A DNA stretch of 64,000 bases from an uncultured Eubacteriales bacterium (GTDB lineage Bacteria > Bacillota > Clostridia > Oscillospirales > Oscillospiraceae): contig ONQJ01000006.1 in assembly GCA_900319935.1 (NCBI GenBank), positions 94 to 64,093 on the forward strand, in the 5' to 3' direction. Positions 20,006 to 30,418 of the stretch are shown here, piece after piece. Under the pieces are notes generated by a model. It had not been told where the DNA came from. It did not search any database and saw only the letters and a program-made list of their open reading frames with translations. The first letter of the stretch is position 1. Each line of letters starts with the position of its first letter. The translations under genes were made by a program, and so were the position numbers.

Positions 20006-22335
20006 GCGCGCTCCTCGACCCGGACCGTGACGACGGTCATGTCGTCGCTTCCGCCGTAGAGCCGTTCGGCCTCCCGGAGCGTGTTTTTCGCCAGCGCTTT
20101 CATATCGTCAAGACCGCGCAGCAGCATGTTTTTCACCCATTCGTCGTCGCCGTCCGCGATCACGCCGTCCGAGGCGATGATGGCCGTCGATCCCGGCGTG
20201 AGCTTCATGCGTACGACGTCCGGCGCGCTGCCGCCGCCCAGGCTCAGACCCGCGGCAAGGGATTCGCCTCGGATGCGGCGGACGCTCCTGCCGCTGCGGA
20301 CGTAGGACGGAGCGGCGCCGTATTTGTAAAAGCAGGTCTCTCCAGAAAAGAGGTCGATGCACATGAGGTCGACCGTCGCGAAGCCCCAGTTTTCACCGTC
20401 GCGCAGCAGAAGCGCGGAGTTGAGCAGCTTCATGGCGGCCGCGCCGTCGGCGCCGGAGCGCAGGAACTTTTCCAGGATCGCGACGACCTGCGAGCTGTCG
20501 CGCGCGGCCTCGTCGCCCGTGCCCATGCCGTCGGAAAGGATCACGCAGAGGACGCCGGAATCGGTTTTGAAATAGCTGCCCTTGTCGCCGCTCACGCGTT
20601 CTCCGCGTTTTTTCAGAGCGGCGATGCCGACGGAAACGGCCAGAGGCTCGGCCTCGAGCACGGTCAGACGCGCGTCGGCCGCCTCCGCCCCCTGCGGCAG
20701 GCAGACTCTGACGCCCAGCACATGCGAGAGCGCGTCGAGATAGCAGGGATCCGAGAGCAGGGAAGAGAGCGAGCCGCTCTCCATCGTGGCGCGCAGCCGC
20801 CCGCGTCCGTCGCGGAAAACGGAGACCTCCGCGTCTATGTCGAGAGAAGCGAGATAACGTGCCAGACGCTGCTCTGCGAGCAGGTCCGAGCCGTTGACAC
20901 TGCTGAGCTCGTCCGCGACGCCGCCCAGGAGCTGCGCCATATCCGCATATTGCCCCCAGGCGACGGCGCGGTTTTCCTCAAGGCGCGTTTTGAGCTCACG
21001 GCGGTAATTCATCGCGCGCAGCTCGGCGTTCACGGCGGAGACAAAGGCGCCGAGCTCCGTGCAGCGGCTGCGGAACCAGCCGGGGACGTCCTCCTGGGCA
21101 AGAGAGCCTTTTTTCCGCATGGCCTGCGTGGCGTCGTTGAGCGCCGAGAGCGTGTCGATGTAATCGGCGTTCCAGCAGCGGTTCTTGTTGACGCAGCGTA
21201 CGCATACCCGGTCCGCCGCCCGGTCGAAGACGGAGGCTATGTCGCCGTCGTTGGCGGGCTCGGACAGGCTGCGCTCGACGATGCCGTAGAGCTCGCCGTA
21301 GGCGTCGGAGAGCGATCTGACCCGGGAGGCGACGAAACGGCGCAGATCGCGCTCGCCGCCCCCGCGCCGTCCGTCATGCAGCAGCATGCCGATCGCGCTG
21401 AGAAAGCGGCCCGGAAGCAGGATAAAGATCACCGAGGCGGCGAAGGTCTCGTACAGCAGGGCCGCGGACAGGGACGGATCCCAGACGCTCGCGGCGGCGA
21501 GCGCGGAGGCGAGCACGAACGAGAGCGTGAAAACAAGGCGGCTGTGGCGGCTGAACACGCCGGAGAGCAAACCGGAAAAAGCGTAGGCCATCGCAAAAAA
21601 GCCGGAGCCCCCGGAGGCGAGATCCATGACGATCCCCAGCACGGTCCCCGCCGCCGCGCCCGTGAGCATCCCGCCCTTGAGCGCGGAGGACATCAGCACG
21701 ATCAGCGCGAGCGCGCGGCCGACAGACAGCAGACCGAAGAGCCGCAGCGGCGCAAGGCTCATCAGCACGAGCGCGGCAAGCACCGTGAGAGAGACGCTGC
21801 GGCGGATCTCTCCGCTCTCGGACAGATCGCCGTCGGGTCTCAGGGCAAAGCGGCAGAAATAGGTCCCGCCGAAGGCAAGAGCCGTTTCCAGCACGAGCGC
21901 GGACAGGTCCGTGACGCCCGCGCCGGAGAGGGAAAAGCTGCCCAGAAAGGCCGTCAGAGCGGTGACGGCCGCGGCGGCGAAGGGCATGAACAGCGGGCTT
22001 TTCCCAAAAGAAAACTCCTGAAAGATATAAGCGGCGGTAAAGCAGAGCGCCGAGGCGGCCATATAGCGGATGCCCCAACCGAGTCCGCCGCCGAGAAGAT
22101 AACCCGCCGCCGCGCCCAGCAGAGCGGACGCGCCGCCCCATCCCGTCCCGGCCGCCGCCACAAAGGCGACGCCGAAAGGCGCGCTCCCGCCGGGCGTCCG
22201 CCCCAGAGAGAGGACCAGAGCGAGCGCGGCGCAGACCGCGCAGCGCAGCGCCGTACGCCATTTTCCGTCATGCTCCGTCCATGCCGTGATCCGCCCGAGG
22301 ACCCCCGACGCTCCAAGCTCATCCATCCTCATCAT
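20002..22335 (-). CDS. spoIIE: stage II sporulation protein E (PP2C phosphatase)
   Basis: 777 aa with about 10 N-terminal TM helices. The C-terminal PP2C domain shows ILSDGMGTGDEAARDS...DDMTVVTVRV. Confidence 0.9.
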   Translation of the reverse strand: MMRMDELGASGVLGRITAWTEHDGKWRTALRCAVCAALALVLSLGRTPGGSAPFGVAFVAAAGTGWGGASALLGAAAGYLLGGGLGWGIRYMAASALCFTAAYIFQEFSFGKSPLFMPFAAAAVTALTAFLGSFSLSGAGVTDLSALVLETALAFGGTYFCRFALRPDGDLSESGEIRRSVSLTVLAALVLMSLAPLRLFGLLSVGRALALIVLMSSALKGGMLTGAAAGTVLGIVMDLASGGSGFFAMAYAFSGLLSGVFSRHSRLVFTLSFVLASALAAASVWDPSLSAALLYETFAASVIFILLPGRFLSAIGMLLHDGRRGGGERDLRRFVASRVRSLSDAYGELYGIVERSLSEPANDGDIASVFDRAADRVCVRCVNKNRCWNADYIDTLSALNDATQAMRKKGSLAQEDVPGWFRSRCTELGAFVSAVNAELRAMNYRRELKTRLEENRAVAWGQYADMAQLLGGVADELSSVNGSDLLAEQRLARYLASLDIDAEVSVFRDGRGRLRATMESGSLSSLLSDPCYLDALSHVLGVRVCLPQGAEAADARLTVLEAEPLAVSVGIAALKKRGERVSGDKGSYFKTDSGVLCVILSDGMGTGDEAARDSSQVVAILEKFLRSGADGAAAMKLLNSALLLRDGENWGFATVDLMCIDLFSGETCFYKYGAAPSYVRSGRSVRRIRGESLAAGLSLGGGSAPDVVRMKLTPGSTAIIASDGVIADGDDEWVKNMLLRGLDDMKALAKNTLREAERLYGGSDDMTVVTVRVEERA

Positions 22336-22559
22336 TTTCCTCCATCAGTTTACATAAGGTGATGATTATTATAGTTATGAAATCCGGAAAACGCAGTCGG
22401 ACGACGCTGTATTATCCAAGTTTTTTTAACGGGGAAATGCGGGAAAATGCCGTATCGGCGCGCGGCGCCGAAGGGAGGGGAAATCCGACGGAAATCCTTG
22501 CGAACGGGCCGCGGGCGTGATAAAATAATCTATCAAATTCTTTTCGGAGGGACATTGGC

Positions 22560-23795
22560 ATGAGCCGGATCGCCGATATCGCACTCGCCCCCTCGGGCGA
22601 GATAAAGATCAACTGGGTGGAGCGCAACATGCCCGTGCTGCGGGCGCTGGGCGAGGATTACCGAAAAACGAAGCCCTTCCGGGGGCTGCGGGTGGCGCTC
22701 TCCGTCCACCTCGAGGCCAAGACGGCCTATCTCTGCCGCGTACTGGAGATGGGCGGAGCCGAGATGTACGTCACGGGCTCGAATCCGCTTTCCACGCAGG
22801 ACGACGTGGCCGCCGCGCTCGCCGCGGGGGGCATGCAGGTCTTTGCCCGCTACGGCTGCACGATGGAGGAATACGAAGAATGCCTCTGCAGCGTGCTGGA
22901 GCCCGCGCCGAACCTCATCATCGACGACGGCGGCGATCTGGTCCATCTGATGCATACGAAATACGCCGATCTCATCCCGCAGGTCATCGGCGGCTGTGAG
23001 GAAACGACCACCGGCATCCATCGCCTGAAGATCATGGCGCGGGAGGGGACGCTGCGCTTCCCGATGATGATGGTCAACGAAGCCGACTGCAAGCACATGT
23101 TCGACAACCGTTACGGCACCGGCCAGTCGGTCTGGGACGGCATCATGCGCACGACCAATCTGGTCGTCGCGGGCAAACACGTCGTCGTCTCCGGCTACGG
23201 CTGGTGCGGCAAGGGCGTGTCTCTCAGGGCCAAGGGCCTGGGAGCGAAGGTCATCGTGACCGAGACGGATCCCATTCGGGCGCTCGAGGCTGTGATGGAC
23301 GGCTACGAGGTCATGCCCATGAGCGAGGCCGCCGCGCTGGGCGACATCTTTATCACGGTCACGGGCTGCAGCGGCGTCATCACGAAGGAGCATTTCGACA
23401 AGCTCAAGGACGGCGCGATCCTCTCCAACGCGGGGCACTTCGACGTCGAGGTCGACATGGCCGCGCTTGAAAAGCTCGCCGTGAGGAAGTACGAGGCGAG
23501 ACACAATATCCGGGGCTACGTGCTGCCGAACGGCAGGACCGTCTTTGTGATCGCCGAGGGGCGGCTTGTGAATCTGGCCGCCGCCGACGGCCATCCGGCG
23601 GAGATCATGGACATGAGCTTTGCCGTGCAGGCGCTGAGCGCGGAGTACCTGGTGAAAAAGCGCGGAGAGCTCCCCAACACGGTGATCGGCTTCCCGCGCG
23701 AGCTCGACGAGGCCGTCGCGGCGCGCAAGCTCAGGGCGATGGGCGTGTCGATCGACGTGCTCAGCGACGAGCAGAAAGCATATCTTGGCGCATAA
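22560..23795 (+). CDS. ahcY: adenosylhomocysteinase
   Basis: 411 aa. Motifs EIKINWVERNMPVL, SNPLSTQDDVAAAL, DDGGDL, GYGWCGKG and GHFDVE are present. Confidence 0.95.
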   Translation: MSRIADIALAPSGEIKINWVERNMPVLRALGEDYRKTKPFRGLRVALSVHLEAKTAYLCRVLEMGGAEMYVTGSNPLSTQDDVAAALAAGGMQVFARYGCTMEEYEECLCSVLEPAPNLIIDDGGDLVHLMHTKYADLIPQVIGGCEETTTGIHRLKIMAREGTLRFPMMMVNEADCKHMFDNRYGTGQSVWDGIMRTTNLVVAGKHVVVSGYGWCGKGVSLRAKGLGAKVIVTETDPIRALEAVMDGYEVMPMSEAAALGDIFITVTGCSGVITKEHFDKLKDGAILSNAGHFDVEVDMAALEKLAVRKYEARHNIRGYVLPNGRTVFVIAEGRLVNLAAADGHPAEIMDMSFAVQALSAEYLVKKRGELPNTVIGFPRELDEAVAARKLRAMGVSIDVLSDEQKAYLGA

Positions 23796-23844
23796 CAGAC
23801 CGAGAACGTTAGACTGAGAACACCCTTGAAAGGGGGACACGAGC

Positions 23845-25231
23845 TTGGAAGACGAAGAAAAAGTCGCTGAGCCCATCGTATACGAGGATCTGGTAGACAA
23901 ACGCAACGACGAACTGATGGAGCTGCTCGAGGGCAGGAGCATGAAGAAGCTGAGCGAGCGTCTCAACGAGATGCCGGAATTCGACGTGGCCGAATTCCTC
24001 TCCTCGCTTGAGGACAACCGCATGCCCATGCTTTTCCGCCTGCTGTCGAAGGAGCGGGCGGCGGAAGTCTTCGCCAACCTCGAAGCGCCCGACCAGGAGC
24101 GCATCATCAACTCCATCACAGACTCGGAACTGGCCGGGATCGTCGAAGAGCTCTACGTCGACGACGCCGTCGACATGATGGAGGAGCTGCCGGCGAACGT
24201 CGTCAAGCGTGTGATGCGTACGGCGACGGCGGAAACGCGCAATCTGATCAACCAGTATCTCCACTATCCCGAAAACTCCGCCGGCTCGATCATGACGGCA
24301 GAGTTCGTGGATCTGAAAAAATACATGAGCGTGAAGGAATCCTTCGCGCGCATTCGCCGCATCGGCGAGGACAAGGAGACGATCTACATCTGCTTTGTGA
24401 CCTCGGCGGACCGCAAGCTCGAGGGCATCGTCACGGTCAAGGATCTGCTGCTGGCCGATCCCGACACGGTCATTGAGGATCTGATGGACCGCAACGTCAT
24501 TTACGCCGTCACGACGGAGGACCAGGAGAGCGTCTCCGAGAAGTTCTCGGACTACGACCTGATGGCCATGCCGGTCGTGGATAAGGAAAACCGGCTGGTC
24601 GGCATCGTCACGGTCGACGACATCATCGACGTCATGGAGCAGGAGGCCACCGAGGATATCCAGCTCATGGCCGGTATGACGCCGTCCGACAAGCCTTATC
24701 TGCGTACCCATCCCGTGGCTGCTGTTCCTGATGCTCTCGGCCACCTTTACCAGCATGATCCTGACCTCGTTTGAAGACATGCTCGCAGTCCAGGCGGGAC
24801 TCGTCGCCTTTATCCCGATGCTGATGGGCACGGGCGGCAACTCCGGCGCGCAGGCCTCCACCGCCGTCATCCGCAGCCTGTCTCTCGGCGACGTCGAGCC
24901 GCGCGACGTGCTGCGCGTCATGTGGACGGAGTGGCGCGTGGCCTTTCTCTGCGGCCTGACGCTGGGCGTCGTGAACTTCGGCAAGATGCTGCTGGTGGAC
25001 GGGATGCTGCTCGGCAACGGGAACGTCACCGTAGCCGTCGCCGCCACCGTCAGCCTCTCGATCGTTTTCATCGTCATGTTCGCCAAGGTCGTCGGCAGCT
25101 TCCTGCCGATCGCGGCGGAGAAGATCGGCGTCGACCCGGCCGTCATGGCCAACCCGCTGATCTCCACGCTGACCGACGCGGTCTCGCTGCTGATCTATAT
25201 CTACGTGGCAAAGCTTATCCTGAAGATTTAG
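23845..25231 (+). pseudogene. mgtE: magnesium transporter MgtE gene, disrupted by an out-of-frame internal deletion
   Basis: The N-domain and CBS pair are in frame 1, ending ...MAGMTPSDKPYLRT. The TM domain resumes as IPWLLFLMLSATFTSMILTSFE...FIPMLMGTGGNSGAQAST in frame 2. The junction is at about 24708-24710. Confidence 0.75.
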
Positions 25232-25242
25232 GGTGATAAAAG

Positions 25243-26166
25243 ATGCAGATGTCCGCTCTGCTTACCAAGCTTGCTCTGTTCGTGACCGTGATCCTCATCG
25301 GCATGGTCGGAGCGAAAAAGAATATCCTCAAGCCGGAATTCAACCGCGGCCTGACCTGGCTGGTCATCAATGTGTTCCTGGTGGCCTCCATCCTCAGCTC
25401 GGTCCTTGCGATGGACGCTTCGAGCCTCTCAGCCAAAGAGTTCGGCACGATCATGCTCCTGCTGTGGGTGACCTATGTGCTGACCTATCTGATCTCCGGC
25501 GTCATCGTCCGGCTCCTGCCGATCAAGGGAGAGAAGGCTCCGCAGCTCGAGCTGCTGATGAGCGCGGTGAACACGCTGTTCATCACGCTGCCGGTCGTGG
25601 AGACGATCTACGGGGCAAAGGGGGCTTTTATCGTCGCGCTCGGCTGCATCCCCTTCAACGTGATCCTCTTCACTTACGGCATCGCGCGGCTGCGCGGCAG
25701 CGCCGAGGGCGGCTTCAAATGGAAGGACATCCTCTCCACGCCGCTGCTGGCCACGGTCGCGGCGACGCTGCTGTTCCTGCTGCGCGTGAGCGTGCCCGGC
25801 GGCGTACGCAGCATTCTCTCGGCGATCTCCGCCGCAACGGTGCCGCTGTCGATGCTGCTGGTGGGCTCATCGCTCGGCGGCGTGAAGCTCGGCAAGGCGA
25901 TCCGGGACAGGAGCATGCTCTTTCTGCTCACCGAGCGCTTCCTGCTCGCGCCGCTGATCACCTTCTTTGTGATGAAGCTCATCTGTCCCGATGAGATGCT
26001 GCGCAATATCATGGTCATCACGGCCGCCACCCCCAGCGCGATCATTGTGACCGCGCTGAGCCTGCAGAACGGCAAGGACGGCGAGTTCCCCTCCGAGGGC
26101 ATCCTGCTGACCACCGTTCTGTCCATGATCACGCTGCCGATCACGTTCTATCTGCTTTTGAGGTAA
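25243..26166 (+). CDS. AEC (auxin efflux carrier) family transporter
   Basis: 307 aa and polytopic, with the typical AEC N- and C-terminal repeat pattern. Confidence 0.8.
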   Translation: MQMSALLTKLALFVTVILIGMVGAKKNILKPEFNRGLTWLVINVFLVASILSSVLAMDASSLSAKEFGTIMLLLWVTYVLTYLISGVIVRLLPIKGEKAPQLELLMSAVNTLFITLPVVETIYGAKGAFIVALGCIPFNVILFTYGIARLRGSAEGGFKWKDILSTPLLATVAATLLFLLRVSVPGGVRSILSAISAATVPLSMLLVGSSLGGVKLGKAIRDRSMLFLLTERFLLAPLITFFVMKLICPDEMLRNIMVITAATPSAIIVTALSLQNGKDGEFPSEGILLTTVLSMITLPITFYLLLR

Positions 26167-26179
26167 GGAGCTGATTACC

Positions 26180-26797
26180 ATGCACGTCCCGCAGGGTGCA
26201 AGCCAGACCGTCGAGCTGCTCGGCTTTGACGAGGCGCTTGCCGCGTCGGGAAAGAGCGGGGGATATGACGCCGACCGCTGGCTCTATGTGCCGGATTTCT
26301 ATACCGAGTACCGGTATATCCTCGGTACGCGCGGGGCAAACCCGCTGATCTGCATCGGCATCAATCCCTCGACCGCCGCCCCGGACGATCTGGACAACAC
26401 GCTCAAGTCCGTCGCGCGCATCGCCGCGCACAACGGTTACGACAGCTGGATCATGTTCAACGTCTACGCCCAGCGGGCGACCGATCCCGACGATATGGAC
26501 GCCGCGCTCAACGAGCGCCTGCACCGCGAGAATATGCGGGCCTTTGACTACATACTGTCCCATGTGGACAAGACGAAGCGGCCCGCGGTGTGGGCCGCCT
26601 GGGGCACGATCATCGAAAAGCGGCCTTATCTCAAGGAATGTGTGCTCGAGATGCTGAAGATCGGGCGGAACTACGGCGCGGAATGGCTCTGCGCCGGAAA
26701 GCTCTCGCAGAAGGGACACCCGCACCACCCGCTGTATCTGAAAAAGGACGAGGAGGTCAGAGCGTTCGATATCGACGCTTATCTGGAAAAGCTATGA
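26180..26797 (+). CDS. DUF1643 domain-containing protein
   Basis: 205 aa. ICIGINPSTA...DNTL...WIMFNVYAQRATDP...HPLYL is typical of DUF1643. Confidence 0.8.
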   Translation: MHVPQGASQTVELLGFDEALAASGKSGGYDADRWLYVPDFYTEYRYILGTRGANPLICIGINPSTAAPDDLDNTLKSVARIAAHNGYDSWIMFNVYAQRATDPDDMDAALNERLHRENMRAFDYILSHVDKTKRPAVWAAWGTIIEKRPYLKECVLEMLKIGRNYGAEWLCAGKLSQKGHPHHPLYLKKDEEVRAFDIDAYLEKL

Positions 26798-27551
26798 ACG
26801 ACAAGCTCAGGATCGCCGTCTGCCAGATCCGGACGGAACTCGACGGCGCGGAAACGATGAAAAAAGCCGCCTCCTTCGTGCGGCGCGCGGCCGAGGGCGG
26901 CGCGGATCTCGCCGTGCTGCCGGAGATGTTCAACTGCCCTTATTCCGGCAAATACTTCCGCCGCTTCGCCGCGGAGGGACACGAAAAGGCCGTCGGGGCC
27001 ATGTCCGCCTGGGCAAAGGAAAACGGCGTTTATCTCGTCGGCGGCTCCGTCCCCGAGACGGAAGGGGAGCGTCTGTACAACACCTGCTACGTCTTTGACC
27101 GCGAGGGCCGTCAGATCGCGAAGCACCGCAAGGTGCATCTATCACGGTCTTCGACACCGAGTTCGGGAAGATGGGCGCGGCGATCTGCTTCGACGTGCGC
27201 TTTCCCGAGCTGTTCCGCTCTATGGCCGTGCGCGGAGCGAAGGTCATCTTCCTCCCGGCGCAGTTCAACATGGCCACCGGCCCGGCGCACTGGGCCGAGA
27301 CGCTCAAGATCAGAGCCGTCGACAACGAACTGTTTTTCGTCGGCGCCTCCGCCGCGCGTTACGAGGGCTTCGATTACGAATGCTGGGGCCATTCCGTCGT
27401 ATACGATCCCTTCGGGATCGAGCTTGCCGCGGCGGACGAGACCGAGCAGCTCCTTTTTGCGGACCTCGATCTGGGGCGTATCGACGAAGTGCGCGCGCAG
27501 CTGCCGACCTTTTTGCATCTGCGGCGCGACGTCTACACGGTGACGGAATGA
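26794..27551 (+). pseudogene. carbon-nitrogen hydrolase (nitrilase superfamily) gene, disrupted by an out-of-frame internal deletion
   Basis: The N-terminal part is in frame 1 (IAVCQIRT...LPEMFNCPY...NTCYVFDREGRQIAKHRKVHL). The remainder is in frame 0 (ITVFDTEFGKMGAAICFDVRFPEL...). The junction is at 27140/27141. The segment that normally separates these motifs is absent. Confidence 0.75.
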
Positions 27552-28102
27552 AGATCGTCGAGGAAATAAAAGCATACGCCCCCTGCTGCGAGCAGGAGGC
27601 GCGGGACAAGGCCGTGATCCTGGATTATCTTGCAAAAAACCCGGATGCGTTTTATCGCAGCGATCCGATCGCGCACATGACTGCCTCGGCCTGGATCGTG
27701 AACCGGGAACGCACAAAGGTCCTGATGGTCTATCACAGGATCTACGATTCCTGGTCCTGGACGGGCGGGCACGCCGACGGAGAGAAGGACCTGCTCGCCG
27801 TCGCGCAGCGCGAGGCGCGTGAAGAAACGGGCCTTCGCAAGGTCAGCGCGGTCAGCGAAAAAATCTATTCGCTGGAGGTGCTGACGGTAGACGGCCACGA
27901 AAAGCGCGGCGAATACGTCGCGAGCCATCTGCATCTGAACGTGACCTATCTGCTGGAGGCGGACGAGAGCGAAGAACTCCGCGTCTGCGAGGAAGAGAAC
28001 AGCGGCGTGAAATGGTTCACGCTCGACGCTGCGCTTGCGGCCTCGACGGAGCCGTGGTTCGTCGAAAGGATCTACAAAAAGCTCAACGACAAACTGAAAT
28101 AA
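27548..28102 (+). CDS. NUDIX hydrolase
   Basis: 184 aa. Nudix box GGHADGEKDLLAVAQREAREETGL. The ATG overlaps the preceding stop (ATGA). Confidence 0.85.
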   Translation: MKIVEEIKAYAPCCEQEARDKAVILDYLAKNPDAFYRSDPIAHMTASAWIVNRERTKVLMVYHRIYDSWSWTGGHADGEKDLLAVAQREAREETGLRKVSAVSEKIYSLEVLTVDGHEKRGEYVASHLHLNVTYLLEADESEELRVCEEENSGVKWFTLDAALAASTEPWFVERIYKKLNDKLK

Positions 28103-28136
28103 AAAAGCTTCGGCAGATTCTGCCGAAGCTTTTTTA
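28101..28136. terminator. bidirectional rho-independent terminator
   Basis: A-run, AAGCTTCGGCAG-ATTC-CTGCCGAAGCTT, then a T-run. Confidence 0.85.
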
Positions 28137-28150
28137 TTTATGAGAGTGGA

Positions 28151-29035
28151 TCACTCTTCGTGCACGGCGTTGACGTCTTCAAAGATGGCCGTGCGGACAA
28201 GGCCCATGAAGAGCGGGGCGAAGAGGACAAAGGCAACATAGAGCAGGAAAGCGGCGATCGCGAAGATCCAGCCGATGTACGGGATGCGGCCGAGAAGAAC
28301 GAGGACGATCATGGCAAGGAAGAATCCGAGCACGCACAGGACGTCCGCGCCGAAGAGCTTGCCCTTGCAGCCGTCGGTCATGCGCATGGATTTCTTCAGC
28401 GCCTCGGTGGCGGAGATCTCCTTGTCCGTGAGCAGAATGTAGGGAACGAAGCAGTAGGCATAGGCCTTGATGATGTTCATGACCGGGACGAAGGCCCAGA
28501 TCAGCATCCAAAGCTCCTTCCAGCACATGCCGGCGCCGTTGCGGACGACCTCTTCTTTCCTGAAGCCCTCGAAGAGCTGCACGCTGTGCACTTCCTCGCT
28601 GTGATAGCCGCGAAGCAGCACGCCCGTGAAACCGAGAGCGAGCACGAGAACGATCGGAATACTAATGATCGGGACGAAGGAGCCGAGCGAGGCGATCAGG
28701 CTCGAGATCAGAAGATAAAGCAGAGACAGGCCCCAGAGCTTGATCGGCTTTTTGACCAGCACCGCAAAGGCCTTGCGGTAGTAGTCAAAGATACCGCCGA
28801 TGGCGGGCTTGACCGCGGCGTAGACCGGAGCGGCGGGCGGGACGGTCTGCTGCTGATCGGCGGACTGATACCAGCCGGCGGCGGGAGCTTCCTGCGGGGC
28901 GGGGATCTCCTCCGCGGCGGGCTCGGCCGGAACAGCCTCTTCGACGACGGGATCCGCCGGAACGGGCGTTCCGCAGACCGGGCAGAATTTGGCTTCCTCG
29001 GGAATGGGGCTGCCGCAATTCGAACAAACTGACAT
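28151..29035 (-). CDS. zinc-ribbon domain membrane protein
   Basis: 294 aa. N-terminal CSNCG...CPVCG zinc ribbon, a Pro/Ala/Glu-rich linker, then multiple TM helices. Confidence 0.7.
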   Translation of the reverse strand: MSVCSNCGSPIPEEAKFCPVCGTPVPADPVVEEAVPAEPAAEEIPAPQEAPAAGWYQSADQQQTVPPAAPVYAAVKPAIGGIFDYYRKAFAVLVKKPIKLWGLSLLYLLISSLIASLGSFVPIISIPIVLVLALGFTGVLLRGYHSEEVHSVQLFEGFRKEEVVRNGAGMCWKELWMLIWAFVPVMNIIKAYAYCFVPYILLTDKEISATEALKKSMRMTDGCKGKLFGADVLCVLGFFLAMIVLVLLGRIPYIGWIFAIAAFLLYVAFVLFAPLFMGLVRTAIFEDVNAVHEE

Positions 29036-29181
29036 ATTGCACCTCCAATTGAGTTTATGAAACTAATATAGTACCGGAGAGCTCAAGTTTCAACGCCTTT
29101 CGACAGAATTTCATAGATATTTAAGAAAAAACAGATCCTGCAGCAAGTCGACAGGATCTGTTTTTTCGCGGGATGCGTTTC

Positions 29182-30405
29182 TCAGCCCCCGAAAACGGAG
29201 AGCAAGAAGCCGGCCGCGATGGCCGAGCCGATGACGCCGGCCACGTTCGGGCCCATGGCGTGCATCAGCAGGAAGTTGGACTTGTTGTAACGGCGTCCCA
29301 CGTCCTGGCTCACGCGCGCGGCCATCGGCACCGCGGACACGCCCGCCGAGCCGATCAGCGGATTGATGCGGCCGCCGGAGGTCTTGTACATGATGATGCC
29401 GCCGACGAGACCGCCCGTGGTGGAGATCGCGAAGGCGATCAGGCCGAGGATGATGATCTTGATCGTGCTGAAGTTCAGGAAGTTCTGCGCCACCATCGTC
29501 GCGCCGACGGAGGTCGCGAGGAAGATCGTGACGATGTTCATCAGCGCGTTCTGCGCCGTGTCGGACAGACGGTCGGTCACGCCGCATTCGCGGAAGAGGT
29601 TGCCCAGCATCAGACAGCCGATCAGCGGAGCGGTGGAGGGCAGGAGCAGGATCACGAAGGTCGCGACCAGGATCGGGAAGACAATCTTTTCGGCCTTGGA
29701 GACCTCGCGGGTCTGCTCCATCTTGACCACGCGCATCTTTTCGGTGGTCATCAGCTTCATGATGGGCGGCTGAATCATCGGGATCAGCGCCATATACGAA
29801 TAGGCCGCGATCGCGATGGGGCCGAGCAGCTCGGGCGCGAGCTTGGTCGTCAGGAAGATGGCCGTGGGGCCGTCCGCGCCGCCGATGATGCCGATGGAGG
29901 CCGCCTGCGGGCCGGTGAAGCCCAGCAGCACCGCGCCGAAAAAGGCCACGAACACGCCCAGCTGAGCCGCCGCGCCGAGCAGCAGGCTCTTGGGGTTGGA
30001 AAGCAGCGGGCCGAAGTCAGTCATCGCGCCGACACCCATGAAGATCAGCGAGGGGTAGATACCGGCCTTGACGCCGATATAGAAGAAGTCGAGCAGACCG
30101 GCGTTGGCCATGATATGGCCGTAGCTGTGGTAATACGGACTTGTCTGATCGAGGAAGGCCGCCCACATCTCCGGGTGGTACATCGCGTTTTCGCCCATGC
30201 CGATGAAGTAGCTCAGGTTCGACAGCAGGCAGCCGAAGGCGATGCCGCACAGGAGCAGCGGCTCAAATTTCTTGGCGATGCCAAGATACAGCAGAACGAA
30301 GGCGATGAGGATCATCACAAGGTTCTTCCAGCCGCCTTCCGTAAGGAAGAAGGCTGCGAAGCCCGATTCCATCGCAAGCTTCTGCACAGTTCCCAGTATA
30401 TCCAT
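29182..30405 (-). CDS. oadB: sodium ion-translocating decarboxylase beta subunit
   Basis: 407 aa and polytopic, with typical OadB/GcdB/MmdB sequence (FEPLLL, GAADGPTAI...). Confidence 0.85.
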   Translation of the reverse strand: MDILGTVQKLAMESGFAAFFLTEGGWKNLVMILIAFVLLYLGIAKKFEPLLLCGIAFGCLLSNLSYFIGMGENAMYHPEMWAAFLDQTSPYYHSYGHIMANAGLLDFFYIGVKAGIYPSLIFMGVGAMTDFGPLLSNPKSLLLGAAAQLGVFVAFFGAVLLGFTGPQAASIGIIGGADGPTAIFLTTKLAPELLGPIAIAAYSYMALIPMIQPPIMKLMTTEKMRVVKMEQTREVSKAEKIVFPILVATFVILLLPSTAPLIGCLMLGNLFRECGVTDRLSDTAQNALMNIVTIFLATSVGATMVAQNFLNFSTIKIIILGLIAFAISTTGGLVGGIIMYKTSGGRINPLIGSAGVSAVPMAARVSQDVGRRYNKSNFLLMHAMGPNVAGVIGSAIAAGFLLSVFGG

Positions 30406-30418
30406 CCAAAGCCCTCCG

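Noticed and set aside
22336-22559. Possible SAH or SAM riboswitch upstream of ahcY
   Set aside because: I recognised no conserved riboswitch core by eye. This cannot be excluded without a covariance-model search.
23796-23844. Possible M-box (ykoK) riboswitch upstream of mgtE
   Set aside because: Only about 49 nt separate ahcY from the mgtE start, which is too short for an M-box.
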